Both the position numbers and the translations under genes were made by a program. Shown one piece after another: positions 27,139-43,311 of a stretch of 64,000 nucleotides of DNA; position 1 is the first letter of the stretch; each line of letters opens with the position of its first letter. Source of the stretch: Octopus vulgaris (Eukaryota). Below the pieces are notes generated by a model that saw nothing but the letters and a program-made list of their open reading frames with translations, was not told the DNA's origin and did no database searches. The stretch is taken from contig OX597823.1 in NCBI GenBank assembly GCA_951406725.2, forward strand, positions 88,474,001-88,538,000, read 5' to 3'.

Positions 27139-28373
27139 TCCACACACACATACACACACATGTTTAGATACATTTACGAAAGTTTGTAACCGCCATCGCA
27201 TATGCACATGCGTAAAAACAATTCATTTTTTTAATCTGATGGAATCATGTTACTATTCAGATCGAATAACGCATTGATCTCAGTATGAAGTAATTTATTT
27301 TGAATTCACGTAGTCTGTTCTATGATTTCAATGACAATTTTAATAGAAACTGTGCAGTCAAGTGATATTAATAGCAAACTAACATTAACATCACGTAAAT
27401 ACAATTTATATTTTATATTAGAGTCGTCTTCATATATCGCAGTGGGACTTATTAATGAATATAATTTGAATTTTAACATTTCTGTTTCTAATACAGAAAA
27501 TCTTTAATGAATTATTTGCTAAATGTCATAGATAGCACCTATCACTAATGAGAATATATAAATCGAATATCAAACAATTTCGTTTTACAGCTTGTAAGCG
27601 GTGGGTGTAATATACTGAACAAGTATTCTGTAGAAGGAATCAAAGCAAATCGATTCTCCTATACGACTGTAGCTTATTTTAGGTATTGTTTAATGAGATT
27701 CGATCTCAGAACACAGAGGAGTAAAGGAAGAATAAATTGTATATAACAACACTCATCTTCTGAATTGCGTCGGAATTTATAAACAGGTCTAACATGAATA
27801 AAAAGCCAGAAATTGAGGATGATTATAGCTAGTTGGCCCGTCCTGCCATTCGAATACACGTCATTGAAAAGCCCAAAAGCCTCAAAAATACTAATGTCGT
27901 TCTTACTGGCCGATGCTGGGGTGATTTTTCTCTGCAAGATGTTATTTCGGTCAAATACTTAGTAACTGGCCTGTGAATAGTGTATATACATATAAAGTAT
28001 GATACATATATGGCTGTTATACTCTAATATTGCCTTCGTTGAGAATAACGGCTAATTACATCCACCCCGTTAATTACCTGGTGCTTGTTACGTCAACAAT
28101 GCAAAAATAAAAAGCAAAACTGCTCTCGTTGATTGTTCTTTCCTACACAACTAATTACTTCATCTTATTAATATTTAGAGGGTTTAACGCGACAATCTGG
28201 CCGAATCGCTAGCATGATTCCCAAAATGCTTTGCGGTATTAGGTCCGTCTTTACGTCGAGTTCAATAGGTGACTTATTATTTCATTCATTTGAGGTTGAA
28301 AAAATAAATACCAGCTGAAAATAGGTGACAATGAAATCAACACGCCCCCTTACCCGTTATTACTGGCCTTATG

Positions 28374-29056
<683 letters not shown>

Positions 29057-29788
29057 CAGTTTACAACATATACAGAGTTTACAATATAGACGCAATGTCA
29101 GGGGCACTGGATTTAGTCTAATTAGATTTTAGCAGGTTGCTGGGTTTTTTTTTATATCGCCGTAAATACTGAGAGGCTGAATTCAGCGGAGTTCGAACTC
29201 AGAAAAACTTACTGAAACCGTTTTTTTTTTCTAACGACTCTGCCAGTTCATTATCTTATCATAATATGTAATAATTGCATCCATTGACGAAACTCTCTGA
29301 TATTTTCTTAATAGACGAACCTAAAAGTTTTTGGTATTTATTTTCTTTTCGTAGAAAAAATAGTCTTAACACTAGAAGAGCTATTTTAGCTTGTTCACGG
29401 CATCTTTTAAAATTACGTATTTCAAACATGTATATAAAAAAATATATATTTTCTTATTCTCCGGGTTATTTTTTCTGGCTCTTTTTCATCATCTTTTGCT
29501 TACTTCTTTTCGATATGAAAAATTCGATTGATCATACGTTTCCAACATAATACAGTTATTAATAATGAAGTTACATTTAATGAACTTCAAATAAGATAAT
29601 AACCGGTAAAAAAAATAACTAGTATAAGTGTGCGTGTGATTCAGCGAGTATGTGGGGGAGAGAGAAAGAGCATGCGTGCTTCTATGTTAGAGTATTTGTG
29701 AACATGTACGTGTTTGGGCAAAAGCTGGTAAGTGCATTACACACATCCTGAGCACATATCACAAGGCTATAGCTTGGTATTTTCCTCC

Positions 29789-29839
29789 GTCTCCAATGAA
29801 GGGATATATAATAAAATATACCGGAAATAGCTGTAAGAC
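29789..29839 (+). ncRNA. Degenerate type I hammerhead motif (probably inactive)
   Basis: GTCT-CCAATGA-AGGGATATAT..ATATACCG-GAAA-TAGCTG-TA-AGAC. Stem I GTCT/AGAC, near-palindromic stem III, essential G5 lost. Confidence 0.5.
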
Positions 29840-30044
29840 CTATGTATAAATGTTCTAAAATCTTTCACAGCCTTGGATTTTTATCTAATTCTAAAAATTT
29901 ATATATATGTATATATATATACATACATATATATATGTATACATACATATATACATACACACATATATATATAAATATATGGATGTAAAGTCTATATGTA
30001 CGCATGTATATGCATGTATGTATTTAAGTGAGTATGTGTGTGCA

Positions 30045-30507
30045 TGAGTAGCTGTGTGGTAAGTAGCTGGCCTACCAAACACATGGTTCTGGATTCAATC
30101 CCATTGCTTGGCACCTTGGGCAAGTGTCTTCTACTAAAGCCGCGGGCTGACCAAAGTCTTGTTAGTGGATTTGGTAGGCGGAAACAGAAAGAAACCCGTC
30201 ATATATATGTGTGTGTGTGTGCTTGTGTGTGTGTGTGCTTGTGTGTGTGTGTTTTTGTGTGTGTGTATGTGTGGGTGTATGAGCGTGTGTGCGTGTGTGT
30301 TTGTGTCTGTGTTTGTACCTCCAGCATCGCTTGACAACCGATGCTGGTGCCTTTACGTCCACGTAACTTAGCGGTTTGGCAAAAGAATCCGATACAATAA
30401 GTACGAGGCTTACAAAGAATAAGTCCTATGGTCAATTTGCCCGACTAAAGGCAGTGCCCCAGCATGGCCACAGTCAAATTACTGAAACATGTAATAGAGT
30501 AAAAGAA
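30045..30507 (+). mobile_element. SINE family A, near full length
   Basis: Head GTAGCTGTGTGGTAAGTAGC..GGATTCAATCCC, CCTTGGGCAAGTGTCTT, internal (GT)n, 3' GTAAAAGA tail. Confidence 0.85.
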
Positions 30508-31409
30508 TATATATATAGATATATAAGATATATATCTACATAGATATACATATATGGATATATATTCATATACCGCATATTTGGCAACGTTTCCATCTGA
30601 CAAATTTAATTGGGAGATCCAAAGCCGTGATGATTATGTTTCTATTTGGTGCAGTAACGTTGGATCGATTACAAAATGAAATTATTTACAAACACATTCC
30701 ATATGCGCTCATAACTCTGCGGATGCATACATACGGTATTTCTCTCTAGATGTTTATTTGAGCTTCTGTGGGAAGAAATGCACATAAGTAGGTGTGTTTG
30801 GCTTTTTATATGCACATGATTGTGCATACATTTATGGCGTTCCATACCATTTTATCGGCCCTCCAATCCTGATGGAGTCGTAGGAGCATTGTCAGTGATA
30901 TACGGTGTCTTTGGCCTTTCTAGAAGTGGTGGGACCACCCCTAAGCAGGTGATTTTTTTCAGAGGAAGAGAGACAGACAGAAAGACTCAGAGAAAGAGCA
31001 CTGGACTGCTACTTCCTGTATCGCTCGCAAAAACATGATGAAATATATATATATATATGTGTGTGTGTCTGTGTGAGAGTGTGTGTGAATGCATGTCTAC
31101 GTGTGTGTGTGCCTGCGTGAATGTGGCTGAGTGTGTGCATTTGTATGTTTATACACACACACCCATATACATATATATTAAAGGAAAAGTAAAACGAAGG
31201 CAGGACGAGTATCTGAGCTCATTTTGAATATTTAATTAAAGGTGAATCAAAAGAAAATGACCCAAGATGGTCGTCCTGTTTTTGTTCTCTTTTCTTTTTC
31301 CTTTACTGTATACGCGCTGACCCCGCGTATAACTTGGGACATAACGGATGACCAATTACATCACTTACGATTACCTATCTGTTTAGATCATCAGTGAACT
31401 AACTCCCTT

Positions 31410-31493
<84 letters not shown>

Positions 31494-32130
31494 GACGTAC
31501 CTATCTCTCTCTATATATATATATATATTTCTTCATAACAATTTAAAAATAGGATCAAATTTTTATAAGAATTTATCAAGAAATTAGCGTGAAAAACCTC
31601 ACAAGAGAACAATCTATCAATTTTTCTCTTAAATATATTTCTTTATATTGTATTGAGGGCATTACTATACATAAATGCAAAACGCTAGGAGGGACTCTTA
31701 AAGATATGGATTCTCAAAAGTATTTTATGAAATGTAGGGCATCTTCGTAGCATATATCCAATCGTGGTCTTTGGTATTGAAAGGAAATACATTCATGAAA
31801 ATATAACAGCATACACCAGCCGTCTGGAAAACATTCATAGTACGAAAATGTTTCAGGACCAAACATATTGATCGAGACGAAAGCAATGCAAAATAAAGAA
31901 AAAAAGGAAATATTCTTATTATTAAAATAATTTCTCTTGAAGTAAAAGAAAATATAAATTGAATGCATTTCGTTCGTGAGAAGAAGAACAACATCCTCGT
32001 GAACAGGTGGTTTGCTATTTGTCCAATGTTTTTTTTATAAATTATTACTGTTCTGTTAAAAAGCAAATCTAGTAAATACAAGTTTATATACCCATGTAGA
32101 CTCGGAGACTCACACAAACATGCACACACA

Positions 32131-32187
<57 letters not shown>

Positions 32188-33397
32188 ATACACGCACACT
32201 CACATATGTGTGTGGGTGCGTGTTTGTAGGTGTGCGTTTATGTGCATGCGTGCGCATGTATGTTAACAGTTTGAGGAAATGTTTACATTTGAATTTACTG
32301 CACAGTAGATGAGTGAAAGATTCATTCATTACAAATAACCGAAGATTAGTTGCAAATATTCTTATAGCGTCCAGATCCTGGCAAACTACACCTTCTTGTC
32401 ATTGGATAATGTATTCCTAGAAAAACAGTACTCTGAAAACAAGGTGAAATGGTTACCTTTGTACGTCTTTAATTACAAGGCCACCGAATTAGCGCTATTT
32501 GCCTCTATATAACCTAATCAACCAGAATTAGACAAATTAATGGCTTGAAAAGATATGTAGATCAACGTCTTGTTTCGTTGTTTTATATTCAGAAATCATT
32601 AATTGAGAAATGCCTCTCTCTTCATTTAAGAGGTTAAACTCTAATGTTTTTTTGTTTTTTTTTAAATTTAATTCTTACTCCTAATCAGTCGAGCGAATGC
32701 ATTGGGCTCACACATTGGACTGCGTGTGTATTGCGTATTTATGCAACTAGATAAATTACCTGACTGCTAATTAATTTTATTGACTATGGAGAGAGGAAAT
32801 TCTAGTTATTTTCGCTGGTATTTGAACACCGGTCGTAAAATTTCGGAAGAAATCACTCAATGGATTTCATCCACAGTACTAAGGTCTTTGTTAGCTCGTT
32901 GCTTCAGTCGACTTCATAAGACTATAAATTTTGAACAGAGAAAAATCCGACAGTTCAATGCGATACAGGATGAAAGTGTCCTGCCGATAATGGTTATAGA
33001 TCCTTCATAAAACTGCGTTACGAATTAAGGCTGCAATTTCTAAATTATATTCACACCCAACATACACCGAAGGATCTTAGCTTTATTATGAATAATAGTT
33101 GCATGATTTTAATTTGTTGAAGAACCTTCTTAGTTTTGTTAGCAATCAGCTTTCCATCAAAGCTGATATGAATTCCTTTAATTCCATTTACTTACTTCGT
33201 AGATAGTGGCTTTATCGATATTGTACCGTCTCCCTCCAAAATTGAATTGCACTTAAATATCATAAATTCCACCTGCTGAAATGTAGGGTCACAAAAACCT
33301 TAAATCACTCTACTTTGAAAATGAATGTCAGGTTTTCAATGTTGCAAAGAAAACTGCATCTGATTATAAAACTAATTAATCACTACTATAACACCAT

Positions 33398-34030
33398 ATT
33401 ATTATTATTGTTGTTGTTGTTGTTGTCGTCGTTGTTGATGTTATTGTTGTTGATATTAGTGTTATGTGATGAAAACTCACAGCTTATTTTGCGGGGTAAA
33501 ATGGAAAGTATCAGCTGTCCACAGCCAGCAGGCGAAGATGACATTTGTTTACTAGAGATGCTTCAAGTACCCTGCGAAGAATTCTTACAGTTCCAAGCAA
33601 TGCTGATTTTTGGTTTTTTATTGTTCTACCTTCACACTTGCACCAGTCTTTTTCAGCCACGTTGGTAGTTGAGTGCTGATACTTCCAAGTGCACCAATTA
33701 CGCATAGTATCACGTCTAATCTCTTCACTGAGCACAGCCTACATACTGCCCACTTCAAAACATCATGGTTGTTTCAATTTTTCTTCTTTAATATTCATCC
33801 TATTGTCACTGAGGCACGCTGTCGATTACTCTGAATGCTCTTTCTTTTTTATTCACCAATCTAAGTCCGGTTTCCTATGTTTCGTCGGGTGATCGCATTG
33901 GAGCATTGCATCCCACAGGATTTTGCAATTCTTATTCTCTGTGACACCTTCCGGGGTTTACTCATACCACATCCTTGCACTTTGTAGGCCGTGATTTCCA
34001 CAGAGTTCCCAATGAATCATCCTTATCACA
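33398..34030 (-). mobile_element. 3' end of an RLE-type non-LTR retrotransposon (R4/Dong-like), decayed
   Basis: Minus strand IHWELC..WYE*TPEGVTENKNCKILWD..RKPD and C-terminal QKSALLGTVRILRRVLE, followed by a (CAA/TAA)n tail. Confidence 0.7.
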
Positions 34031-35351
34031 TTATTATTATTAGTTGTTTGTTGTTGTTTCGAGTTTCTTTTTATTATTTTTTGCTTTTCTTTTAACTGGT
34101 GAGCTGAATAATGAAAACGAATCACGAAATATTTTCTCTTAAAATGCAAAATTGAATATGTGTAAATTTAATCAACTTTGTTTCGAGCCTGAAATATGAA
34201 GCACACCCTTCTAAGTAGAGCAATAACATCTGCAGAGAAATGATGGTACAGTTGATAAGTAATTACATATTTCTTATAGTAACAAGTAAGTTATACAGAA
34301 AACAATTTTATTCGCCATTTAAGACTGAAACATGTACCACTTCGAGCATAGAATCTCAATGAATATGGTGTTGTTCTTTTTAGTTTCAATTTTTATTTTT
34401 AGTTCCTTCTTCATGTTTCACTCACCGTTTAGTGAAAGAATCAATCTGCAAGTGATTTTATTTTGGCATATTATTATTACATCATATTTCATTCGCTTCT
34501 TCTTGCTGTTTTCCAAATTTCTGCCAACTTCCATCAGTATTCAATATTGAAAGTTTATGCGTTTGAATATTCTTATATGGTGAGCAGAGGAAGCTTCACT
34601 TTGATAACACACGAAAGCAGCCGGTTTCCATATTGTTGTATGAGATTGTCGGAAACAGATCGATATTTGCTTCACTTGCCTCTTCCACATGCTAACCATC
34701 AAGCGATGTTTTCAGAGCCAAGAAGGAAGCAAGGAATATAAGCATTCTCATTGAAGACAAATTCTCCTTCACCTTGCACACCATTATTGTTTACTTATTG
34801 ATGTGTGTATTTTTATCAAGAAACCACATTTTCAAAAAAAATATAAAACTACATAGAACCGAAGTTTCTAAATCTATTCTATTTAATATTTTTGCACTGA
34901 TTTAGTTCACTCTTGTGCGTATCGTCATTTCTCATATTTCGACTTCCAATCGATTATTAATCATTTTTCCCCGTTTTTAAAATATACACTCCTTCGTATA
35001 TGTGATTATTTGCATATGTGTGCATATGCTAACAAACTTTTCTTTTCTTTTTTTTTAGATTGCATTTTTTTCTTTTAAAGTATTTGCAGAAAACGCAAAA
35101 GAAAAAGCCATCCTGCACACAAAAAAGAAAGGCTGTAACACTTGAACAATTACATTTAACCAAGTTTCATGACGATTTACGAGAGAGATTATAGGTGCAG
35201 TAGATGTTAAAAAATATGCACATGTGTGTACGTGCGTGTGTGTCTGTGTGTGTGATACGGTATATGGAATAATGCACATACTATTGATACACATTGTTTC
35301 TTCGGTCACGATGGCCAATAGTTTGTACTCTACACAAACACACATATACAG

Positions 35352-35385
<34 letters not shown>

Positions 35386-35386
35386 T

Positions 35387-35447
<61 letters not shown>

Positions 35448-37060
35448 TTGTATATATATATATACACACACATATTCGTCAGCATGCGCGCACAGTCACA
35501 CACATGAAGCACGCAGACACACACATGTACATATACAGTATGCATCTACATAAGTCAGAATGCTGGCGCGAATAACGTCAAAGTTTCTAACGCTAAAACA
35601 AACTTAAATCCATCAGTTCAGAGAGCCCAAGCTTTCCACATATCTTGGCCAACGGGCGGAGGACATTTCCTATCTTCCTTTATAGTCATCATCACACGGA
35701 GTGCATTTTCTCCACACAACCGAGTGATAACTATGAAGTTGTAATGGAGAGATTAAAGAAGCTAAGATGGACGGCTGAAATACATCCCTTACTGACACGA
35801 CTGTCCTGTCTATATAAATTGCATTGCTAACACAATCGAAAAAGGCAGGTAAAACTATTTCTATAATAATGAGGAGCTATTCAAGCAATGTCGACTGTAT
35901 ATATTATTAAAAATGAACGATAAAACAAAAATTCATATTACAGGTAATCTTAAGGGGCCTCGCTTCGGCATTGTAGTGCAATTTCAGTGATCAAAGTTGT
36001 AAGCTATTAAAATATGCACACACACACATACTATGGAGGGTGTGCGCAACACACATATATGTTTGCGCGTGTCTGTATTATCATAGCAAATTTTGGAGAC
36101 AGATGTAAATAAATTCTTTGAAATCCCTTAGAATATAACGAAGTAATTTTTTTTAAATCATTAAATGATCAATTTAACAGTAGTATATTTCCCGTGAAAT
36201 AACAACCAAAATTACTTCAGAGTCAACTATTTTCAGTAGATAAATATGCATCCATCAACAACAAACAATATTTTCTCACTAATCTGAAATGAAACTGTTT
36301 ACTGTACAGTCAAGACAATTTCTAGTTGAAAACCTCGAACCAGGGCGTTATATCACTGCATTATTTTCTATATTATATATAGGTGCCTATTGACTGCCTA
36401 TGTCTCATTGCTTTACATTTTTTTTTATATAATATGTAAAATGCCTTTCTCCTTGTAGATTTCTTTCTTCAATGACATGTCAAACAACAATGAACTTTCT
36501 ATGCGGCTATACATGTGTAGATAGCATCGATTTGGGTATGCTATGTTGTCATTTCTAGATAAATAAACATTAACGAGGTTTGGTATTAACTTGACTTTTA
36601 TCAGACACTATAAAAGTAGGAGTGCTAGGTATTTTGCTATTAGCTTGTTCAAGCTGTTCTCTTTTTTTTTTGCTATTCAAAACGCATGCAAAGGTCAAAT
36701 ACCGCTTTAATATCTACATTCAACTTACTACTGAGAACATCTGTCAGTTGCAAAATAAATTTTTACGAGCAATAGTAACCCGAGAGGAAGCAGAGTACAA
36801 ACGCATGTACGATTAATGCAGGTGGTTATATATCATGTGAAGAAAAATGAAACTAATATGAGAAAACAAGGAAGTGTGCCAAGCGAGAGTAAACTGATTT
36901 ATTGTATGTAATCAGATAAGTAGTGAGTTTTCGAAAATAGATTGAATATTAATATTGTAAGTATCGGAAATAGTCATCTTTTGTCATTTAATGCATTGTA
37001 TACAGTAAGAAAATATTCATAGTGACTAGGTACAAGAACAGGCTTCGAAAAAGGAATACA

Positions 37061-37280
37061 CGTAGGGGTGCTGAATAGTTCCTGGCTGTAAGGGTGTCGT
37101 GAAAGGCCTGGTTGGAGGCCAAAGTTTTCAAGTTCTTTTACAAGGTATAAAAAAACTGAAGTGTTGTTGCGATAAGTGTGTGAATCTGAAGGGGAGGGGA
37201 ATATGTTGAATAAAATCATAATTAACTTTCACCCATTATTTTCTTTTATACAAAGGCCAGGAACTTCTGAGTATCCCTCG
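37061..37280 (+). mobile_element. Mariner-derived MITE (~220 bp)
   Basis: Imperfect TIRs AGGGGTGCTGAATAGTTCCTGGC / GCCAGGAACTTCTGAGTATCCCT; internal AAGTGTGTGAATCTG..GAATATGTTGAATAA (KCVNL..EYVE*). Confidence 0.65.
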
Positions 37281-37624
37281 TACATATATGTGTGGGTGTG
37301 TGTGTGTACATACGTATTTATTTATGCGTGTGTATGTTCACGTGTGAATGTATTTGTGTATATATATACATATATTCTTATCTTTTATTTCGTATCCTCC
37401 CTATATAAGCAACATACAACGCTTACTTCTTGCACAACGTAAAAGCGCACCTGATGTCATACCACTCTAATATATAAAAAAAACATATTACGTAATATTT
37501 CACATGAAATTTTGGCGTGCAATGGTGTAAAAACGAAACTATTGTAAGTGTTAATTTAAAATGTGCTAAACTCTTTCTTTACTTTATTGTTCTTTATTTA
37601 CCTTATTATTCTTTGTTTACTTTA

Positions 37625-37714
<90 letters not shown>

Positions 37715-38103
37715 TGGGGCTATGCTCATATACTGTATTAAGATGCATCGTTACAAGAGAGACAGACTCAGTGCAATACAAAGTAACGGAAAACAGCGCC
37801 TGGCTTTTATTTCATACTCGATGTGAACTGAATGATATTACAATCGAAAGGTTGAAACCAATAGAGAGTGAGTGCAGGAGTTCATGTATCTGGAACATGT
37901 ATATATGTATGTGTATGTGTCTGTGTATGTATGAGCGTATGTATATATACAAGTATGTACATATATAATCATCTATATATCTGTACAAATCCATATACAT
38001 ACATTTGTGTATGTCTGTGTAAACATATTTATCTCTATATAGCAGCTGCATTCCACAAGCTTTAAACATATATCTATACGTATACATATATGTGTGTGTG
38101 TGT

Positions 38104-38134
<31 letters not shown>

Positions 38135-38183
38135 CATATACGTATATATATAATCCATATACTTATATATATGCGTATGTATG

Positions 38184-38232
<49 letters not shown>

Positions 38233-38599
38233 ATACATACATGTGTGCGTGATTCAGTGTTTGTGTGTGTGTGTAAGCAAATTTGTCTCTCTATATACCA
38301 GATTCATTCCACAAGCTTTAAAACTTTTTTCCGAGGAGGTATTTATAAAGGCTCTAGATCATTCTCTTTTTGCTATTTCTCATTAATATACTCGTAATAA
38401 TTTGGCCTGCCAGCGTCTGTTATTCCAAACGGAAGGTGACAGATGTTCCTGTACATTGAACACACTTTACTGGACACTGCCCTTCCCTACTAACTAGTTT
38501 GTAGAATGCAGTGAGGGCGTGAGGACAATTTGGAAGCTCACTTTGCAAGGACGCTTTCTGTTGAACTAATGGTGGGGGAAACAATACAGAAACACATGA

Positions 38600-39160
38600 A
38601 CAATGCTTCTCACTGTTTCTGGATTAACTATTCCCTTGGCACAAAAATTTCAAAGGCAGTAAGGAGAAGGTAAGATTCGATAAGACTCGTGGGAGGCAGA
38701 CGGACGTCCGAAAATCAGAGCTGGTTGAGACATTTGGCTGTCTATAAAGACGATTGGTTTATAGATTCGAGTTGGTTTGACAACTGTAAACAGAATTACA
38801 CACAAAGATTGCTCCCAGGGGTTTCTGTGGCGGGCATTCTGGTAACCAATTACATGGCAGAAATGGGTGTCAATCGGTGCCTCAGTCTCTATTCGGTCTA
38901 GAACTTGAAACCTGCTACTTTTATTGCTACGCAAGTAGAAGTAGAGCGTCAGGAACAGTCGTTCTGAAGATGAAGGGGTTATGATATACGTCCTGGACTC
39001 TTTCATTTTGGAAGATGTCTATGAGGTGTTCACAAAGTGACTAGAATGCTGAGAGAGGTGCATTGAAGTCAGAGAATCCTGATTTGAAGGAGGTTAGTGT
39101 TTAGTACTTCTTCGGAATTTACAAATGTCTCTCCTGGAAACGTTTGAAAACTTCTGGAAT
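38600..39160 (-). pseudogene. Possible decayed LINE APE endonuclease fragment
   Basis: Minus-strand SDFNAP (~39055-39075) and VVKPTRI (~38765-38785) occur in the expected order, but the similarity is weak. Confidence 0.3.
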
Positions 39161-39163
39161 ACA

Positions 39164-39241
<78 letters not shown>

Positions 39242-40093
39242 ATAAGGGTAGAAATTGATATTAATCAATTAAAACCAGTGGCCTAGCATATTTTAAAAAA
39301 TCCGAAGATTAAACATTTTTTTGCATACAAAATTTAGAGGACTGACCACTAAAAAAATGGGCAGCCTATATGCTAGATATAGACGTCAAAATCGCTATTT
39401 TCCACGAAGAATGTGTTCTCAAGAAAAAAATTCAGCAAAAACCAAAGTGTAAAAATAAGCAAGACAAATGAAATTGTGTTTTGTAAACAACAGACTATGC
39501 TAATGATCTTGCAGATGGTTGCGTATCCACATAGGTAAATATTAGCAAGTGAAACTAATTAGTACATAGGTAATCGTTTTTTTTTTCCTATATTATCATT
39601 TATACATTATGGCTAGCCTTAGTTAAAATGAGTAAAACCCACTCACTTAAAGATTCCTTGTCAGCGGGGAAGATAAGCCTTCTCTGAACCTCAATCTTTC
39701 ACACATTCATGAAATACAGATTAAATACCCCAGCGAGAATGAAAAGCCAGAACTTCTCGGTTCATTTTGAACAGAACACTCAAGCGATGTCGTTGCTCGA
39801 GATCGAGTTGCAGTTAGATAATTATATATGAGGACTGAATAGTTAAATTGGTAATATTTAGCGGGTTTCAGATAGTCATATTTCTAATTTCATTCTGATA
39901 TGAAGTGTATAAAATATTTTTCAGTATACGATGTATAAATTTGTAGTGATAAATAAATTGAATGAAAATCCATGTATATTATACACTAGCAAACCTCATG
40001 AGAATACGTAGGTACAGAAAGACACGCATATACGCTCAGCACAAACATAGACACGCAACGAGACACATACGCACATTAATATACGTGTCTGTG

Positions 40094-40142
<49 letters not shown>

Positions 40143-40434
40143 CTCTGTATGTTGCGTATTTGTGTCTCTGGAAATATACAGAGAGGGAAGCTGCGAGAGT
40201 TGGGAGAAAGAGAGAAAGTAAAAAGGAAAGAGTGTCAATAAATACACGAATGCTATTATTGAGAAATATGGAAGCTAGTAACATAAAAATGTAAAAGCAA
40301 TATCTGTTGCCGCGAGTGTCTGCTCTCGACGCATATTGGAATATGGATTGCCAAGATAAGTATATTTACATTTCATAAGGAATATAAATGCATACGCAGA
40401 CACACACATATACATACACACATATTATATGTAT

Positions 40435-40525
<91 letters not shown>

Positions 40526-40992
40526 TAGATATGTCCATTTGCATATATACATATAATGTAATATAACTGCATCTTTTTGTCTCAGATGAGTTTACACCAA
40601 TGTCTGTTTGTCGGGGAAACTGACATCAGCATTAATGTATGTTGTTAGCAAATAGATATTTAAATGTATTGTATTCAGATAATATACGTAGTTTCGTTTC
40701 TTAAAATAACGTTACTTCTCTTGTAGAAATGAAATGCAATAAACTCCCTCCGGCATATTCTGGATTTTAGTTTCCTGTGTGCCGTTGCCTTCGGTTATAA
40801 TTATCAATGGGACATAGCTGAGATTATTGCAGTCTATTTCTTTTAAATGTTTCTCCTGCTAACGATGAGAATATGTAACATAACATTCATACACGGACCC
40901 AAAAGCCGTTGTACGTACACTTTTATACTGTTTTAGAGTGATTCTTATAAATGTACCCTTTTATCTATAGACATTTGACTTTGACATCGCCC

Positions 40993-41069
40993 ATAGTAGT
41001 AATAGTAGTAGTAGTAGTAGTGGTGGTGGTGGTGGTGGTGGTGGTGTTGGTGGTAGTAATAATAATAGC

Positions 41070-41141
<72 letters not shown>

Positions 41142-41377
41142 TTTATTAATATTGCTATCATTATTCTCAATATTATTAATAGTAATAATAGTGATAACTT
41201 GTAATATTCATAATAGTAATAATAATGGTAATAATAATAAAAAAAGTAATAATAATGATAATAAAAATACTAATAATAATGATACCAATAATAATAATCA
41301 CGATGATGATGATGACGATGATGATGATGATGGGGATGATGATGATGGGGATGATGATGATGACGATGATGATGATG
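40993..41377. repeat. Compound trinucleotide microsatellite (GTA/GTG/AAT/GAT)
   Basis: Direct observation; explains the poly-V/N/D ORF at 40951-41406. Confidence 0.95.
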
Positions 41378-41502
41378 CTAACCACACGGCATCTTTGAGT
41401 GAATAACATGATTTGCATTTGAGTGAGACAGAACTCTGATATGGCTAAGCGTGAAAGATATAAACAGTCGGACATAAATTGCTTCAAATGCTAGCAAACA
41501 AC

Positions 41503-41543
<41 letters not shown>

Positions 41544-41800
41544 CGCAGGACTATTATCTGTCTAATGATAACTGCTGCTCGTTTTCTTCCATGGCATTAT
41601 GATAAATGTCATAAACTTAAGAATGTTTTAGCGTGATGAAACGTAGTTTCTTTTGATTAAATCCGGATTTCAAACTTTTAAAATATTTCACAAACGTCTC
41701 TTTTATTATATAACGTATCTTCTTATAAGTTATATACGGAGATATGGATATGCTTTTGTGTGTGTGTGTAGACATAGATATACATGTATGCATTATATGA

Positions 41801-41844
<44 letters not shown>

Positions 41845-41915
41845 TTATATATGCGTATATATATACACATACATTATATATGTATATACACGTATAAAAG
41901 CGCATCTACTCAACA

Positions 41916-41990
<75 letters not shown>

Positions 41991-42598
41991 TATATGTGTG
42001 TGTGTATATGTATTCATGTACATGTAGATATATGTCTATATATATGTATGTACATATGTATATATCTATTATGCATATATATTGTTTCCAATCGGTAAAG
42101 GTTATAGTTCATTCGTGCTCCTGCTTATCATTTGGGTTATTATATTTTAATACTTGGAATATATATATTTTACTATTGTCAGTTTCAATTGAAATGTAAT
42201 AAAAGAAGTGTGGCAGAGAGAATAATCATATTAAGAAAGTTTCTAAAAGTAGTTTTGAAACCGTCTGAATATGTTGGGAAAATGATCAAATGATAAAATA
42301 AGCAAATAACCGATGATGAATATACGAACAAGTAAACTATAGAAAAGTTCAAAGGAAAAAAAGATTTTATAACTGAAATTATCAAAGTGATCAAACATAA
42401 TAGATTTATATATATCTATAATCACATATATATATCTAAATATATATATATATATATATACAATTATATATAAGTATACACACAATTATATATTTATATA
42501 TACACACACACATATATATACATATATATATATATCTGTATATATATATATGTGTGTGTGTGTATGTTTGTCTGTGTATGTGTGAATATTTTATATAA

Positions 42599-42635
<37 letters not shown>

Positions 42636-42916
42636 GAAGTATGGTTTTGAATGTGTGGACGGGTGGGTATGCTATTATGCTATGAATAAGTTCACGTGAG
42701 TGCGTTTAGTAGATAAAGATTCCGGCTCGCTTTGTGATTAGACTCCGGTTAAAGCTGATTTCTTTTTATAGTTGCAACTCATGGAGCTGTTTTCAGTCTC
42801 ATTTCGTCAAAGTAACATGTGTAACATTTTCCGCACAATCGTATTACAATTGAACCACAATATCACACGAACACCCACGTACTCTGCGTACGCGTGACTT
42901 AGTTCAATCTGAAATA

Positions 42917-43311
42917 TCTTTATATATAAAAGTGAGGTTGTGTGCTGTCTGTCTCCTACGATTTAGATTCCCAACTACTCCCACATTTTGCGGTGCAGTT
43001 TAACCAAAACCGGGTATCTTATCGTCGTGATTCATATCGAGCCCTTCTGGGTATTAGCGCACGTCTACGATGAGTCTACGATTAAAAAAAAAAATACTAT
43101 CAATTTTTCCCATTTTTAATGTATTTTTGGCACATATAAGGGAAGTAACTCTCTAAAAATTTATTATTAAATCTCAGAACGTAAAAAGCTACAGTAACAT
43201 TCCCCCTTTGTGGTTAGCCATATGGAGATGGCTATTATACTTTACATCTCTAAAAATGCTTATATAGTTTTTTCCCTTACAAACCCGAGCAACGCCGAGC
43301 GATACTGCTAG
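42917..43311 (+). mobile_element. Non-autonomous Helitron
   Basis: 5' A|TCTTTATATATAAAAG; GC-rich subterminal CCCGAGCAACGCCGAGC followed by CTAG|T; no TSD. Confidence 0.7.
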
